Shown: one piece after another, positions 61,514 through 64,000 of the stretch
Layout: every line of letters begins with the position of its first letter
Numbering within the stretch: the stretch's first letter is position 1
NCBI GenBank assembly: GCA_963813075.1
Contig: CAWEXU010000004.1
Coordinates: 288,001 to 352,000 of the forward strand
Direction of reading: 5' to 3'
Source: Methanotrichaceae archaeon
Lineage (GTDB): Archaea; Halobacteriota; Methanosarcinia; Methanotrichales; Methanotrichaceae
Length of the DNA: 64,000 nucleotides
Notes under the pieces: model-generated
The model's input: only the letters and a program-made list of their open reading frames with translations
Database searches by the model: none
Told to the model about the DNA's origin: nothing
Position numbers and translations under genes: made by a program

Positions 61514-62428
61514 ATGCAAGATACTATGGCAGAGAAGACCCTGGCCCGCCAGGGCTACCACCTGGTGGGCTCGGGGGCTGTCAAGCCCTGCCTGTGGCTG
61601 AACCGCTCTCTGCGGGGGGGCGATCAGTGCTATAAACATCATTTTTACGGCATATCCAGCCACCGCTGTGTGCAGATGACCCCCACATTGGAGTGCAACC
61701 ACCTCTGCCTGCACTGCTGGAGACCGATAGACGACCCGATACCGGGAAAAGAACCCACCGAGCCGGCAGATCTCCTGGAGGGGATACTGCAGGGCCAGCA
61801 GAGGTTCATCTCCGGCTACGGTGGCTCTGCTACCACCAATCCAGAGCGGCTGGTGGAGGCGCGCGATCCCAAGCACATGGCCATATCACTGATGGGCGAG
61901 CCCACCCTCTATCCCTATCTCAAGGAGTTAATCGACCTGGCCTCAAAGCGGGGTATGACCACATTTCTGGTGAGCAATGCCACCTGTCCCGAGGTCCTGG
62001 CGGAGCTGAGACCGACTCAGCTCTACCTGAGCCTCAATGCCCCCAATGAGGAGATGTACCGGCAGGTATGCAATCCCGCAAAAGACCTCTGGCCGAAGAT
62101 CTTAGAGTCCCTGCAGCTATTGAAAGAGCACCGGTGCCGCAATGTGATCCGCATGACCCTGGTCCGGGGCCTTAACATGGAAAAGCTCGAGGATTATGCC
62201 CGGCTGATCGGTGATGCCGAACCGGATTTTGTCGAACTGAAGGCCTATATGCACCTTGGCCGATCCCGCGCCCGGCTGGAGAGGACGGCCATGCCCCAGC
62301 ACACCGAGATCCTGGACCTGGCGGATTCCTTAGCCGGATTCCTGGGCTACCGGCTGGAGGCTGATGTGCCCCTGAGCAGAGTGGCCCTCCTGGCCTGCGG
62401 GCGGGTCTCCAGAATCATCGAGATGTAG
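61514..62428 (+). CDS. tyw1: 4-demethylwyosine synthase (radical SAM)
   Basis: VKPCLW, CYKHHFYGISSHRCVQMTP, CNHLCLHCWR, AISLMGEPTLY. Confidence 0.95.
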   Translation: MQDTMAEKTLARQGYHLVGSGAVKPCLWLNRSLRGGDQCYKHHFYGISSHRCVQMTPTLECNHLCLHCWRPIDDPIPGKEPTEPADLLEGILQGQQRFISGYGGSATTNPERLVEARDPKHMAISLMGEPTLYPYLKELIDLASKRGMTTFLVSNATCPEVLAELRPTQLYLSLNAPNEEMYRQVCNPAKDLWPKILESLQLLKEHRCRNVIRMTLVRGLNMEKLEDYARLIGDAEPDFVELKAYMHLGRSRARLERTAMPQHTEILDLADSLAGFLGYRLEADVPLSRVALLACGRVSRIIEM

Positions 62429-62800
62429 GATTACTGCCGTGGGGAGGGCGGTGTGAACGGCGCGATATCTGAATAAAGTTGATCTGTCTGGACCGATCAG
62501 ATGATCAGGCGGAAAAGACCGCGACTGATACGCAACAGGGACTTATTCCCGATCCCGTCGGCAAAAATCAAGAGGTATGGATAATACTCAATTTCAATAT
62601 TTATTTAATGGATAAAAAACGAGCTGCCTGATCAGAGATAAGGATTCATAGAATTTGGGCTGCAGGTTTGGCCAACCCTCCGACCATGCCACTCTGACAT
62701 GGCCTTCAGTGGGAAAACTATTTTTGTGGGTAGTTTCAATCATGGACTGGGGTTCTGGAAAACAGAGGGCATTTGTTGATGAGGTGCCACGGGTGAGTTA

Positions 62801-63193
62801 ATGGATAGGGAAATGAAGATCTTGCTGGTGGAGGATAATGCTGAGGACATCGCATTTACCAGGCGGGTCTTAAAGCACAATAATCTGATGGGAAATCTTT
62901 TTGTCGCCACCAACGGCACGGAGGCACTTCTTGCCCTGCAGAGCGAGGACGAAAGCGATCTGCCCGATCTGATCCTGCTGGACATAAACCTGCCCGATAT
63001 CAGTGGCATAGACCTCCTCACCCGGATGAAGAAGGACGAAAGGCTGAAAGATATATCTGTGGTCATTCTCACCGGCTCAAATGAGGATCAGGACATTCAG
63101 AAAAGCTATGATCTGGGGGCGAAGAGCTATCTGGTCAAACCCATATCCAACGATGCCCTGATGCTGGTCATTGAGAAGCTATTCCATCCCTGA
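62801..63193 (+). CDS. Single-domain response regulator
   Basis: LLVEDN, ILLDINLP, ILTGS, YLVKP. Confidence 0.93.
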   Translation: MDREMKILLVEDNAEDIAFTRRVLKHNNLMGNLFVATNGTEALLALQSEDESDLPDLILLDINLPDISGIDLLTRMKKDERLKDISVVILTGSNEDQDIQKSYDLGAKSYLVKPISNDALMLVIEKLFHP

Positions 63194-64000
63194 AATAAGA
63201 GCCCTGGCAACATCCAGATTTCCTTTATCATCCCGGCGCGAGTCCACCGGCGTTTCCATTATCATCGCTCTCTTCCCGCAGGAGAGGATGGCAGAGGATT
63301 GACCGGAATCCCTCCAGGCCGATCTGACCCAGGCCGATGTGCTCATGCCGGTCCAGGTGGGAGCCAAGGGTGCCCCGGCAGTCGTTCAGATGGACCAGCT
63401 TTAGCCTTTTTGGGTCTATACAGCTCTCGAACTCCTCCAGGGTCTTATCCAGGGCAGGAGGGGTGCGAAGATCATATCCGGCAGCAAACAGGTGACAGGT
63501 GTCCAGGCATACTCCCAGTCTGCTGGACTGGCCGGGGAGGGAATCGATGATGGAGGCAATATCATTAAATGTGCTACCCATACTGTTTTTTGTGCCGGCG
63601 CTGTTCTCCAACAGGATCACCGCCTCACCCCCCGAATGGCTGATAGCTTTCATCAGGGCCTCGGCTATCCTCTCCCGGCCCCTCTCCATTTCTGTGCCGA
63701 GATTGCTGCCCAGGTGGGTAACAATATACGGTATACCCAATAGCCGGCAGCGCATCAGCTCATCGGTCAGAGCCTGGACCGACCGGGCATAGACCTCTTC
63801 CCGGGGAGAGGCGAGGTTGGGAAGATAGGGCATATGAGATACAATAGGATAGATATCATACTCTTTGAGCCGGGAAGCAAAGAGGTCTATGGATTCTGGG
63901 GTTATGGACTTTGATCTCCAGCTGCGTGGATTGGTGGTGAAGATCTGAAAGGCCTGGCATCCCCTTTCCCTCGCTCTGTCCACCGCCCTGTCCAGGCCGC
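63179..64000 (-). CDS. nfo: Endonuclease IV (5' end outside window), +1 frameshift near 63273
   Basis: SHMPYLPNLAS, LLENSAG, CLDTCHLFAAG, HLND..DRHEHIG; MIMETP continues in the other frame. Confidence 0.92.

Noticed and set aside
1..64000. CRISPR array or cas genes
   Set aside because: No short repeats with unique spacers; all tandem repeats are in-frame coding units

Overview
Archaeal chromosomal window. Gene content and protein sequences point to a methanogen of the Methanothrix/Methanosarcinales type (inference). It has three parts. (1) 1-6.9 kb, GC-rich: start of the ribosomal protein cluster (rpl2-rpl23-rpl4-rpl3 plus a SPOUT methyltransferase), then a frameshifted CHAT-protease/STAND-NTPase/TPR gene with near-identical 120-bp repeats. 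(2) About 6.9-43.2 kb, mostly AT-rich: a surface-glycan island (GT2, two GT4, deacetylase, flippase, pyruvyltransferase, FrhB-like protein, epimerase, acyltransferases, DUF2206-like protein). It also holds unexpected enzymes (GCS2-type ligase, PS decarboxylase, Trm112-fused methyltransferase), a chimeric beta-helix protein, and dense, partly nested IS elements and remnants (ISL3, IS66, IS200, IS630, IS110, IS1634). (3) 43.2-64 kb, GC-rich core: rhomboid, HtpX, a Fur/PerR-peroxiredoxin-SOD cluster, a radical SAM protein, two Cys-rich signal-peptide proteins, rps8e, elp3, hisG, tRNA-Arg(CCT), tyw1, a response regulator and endonuclease IV. Several single-base frameshifts in otherwise intact genes suggest sequencing errors. 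No CRISPR array was seen. All family calls come from motif recognition, not database searches.
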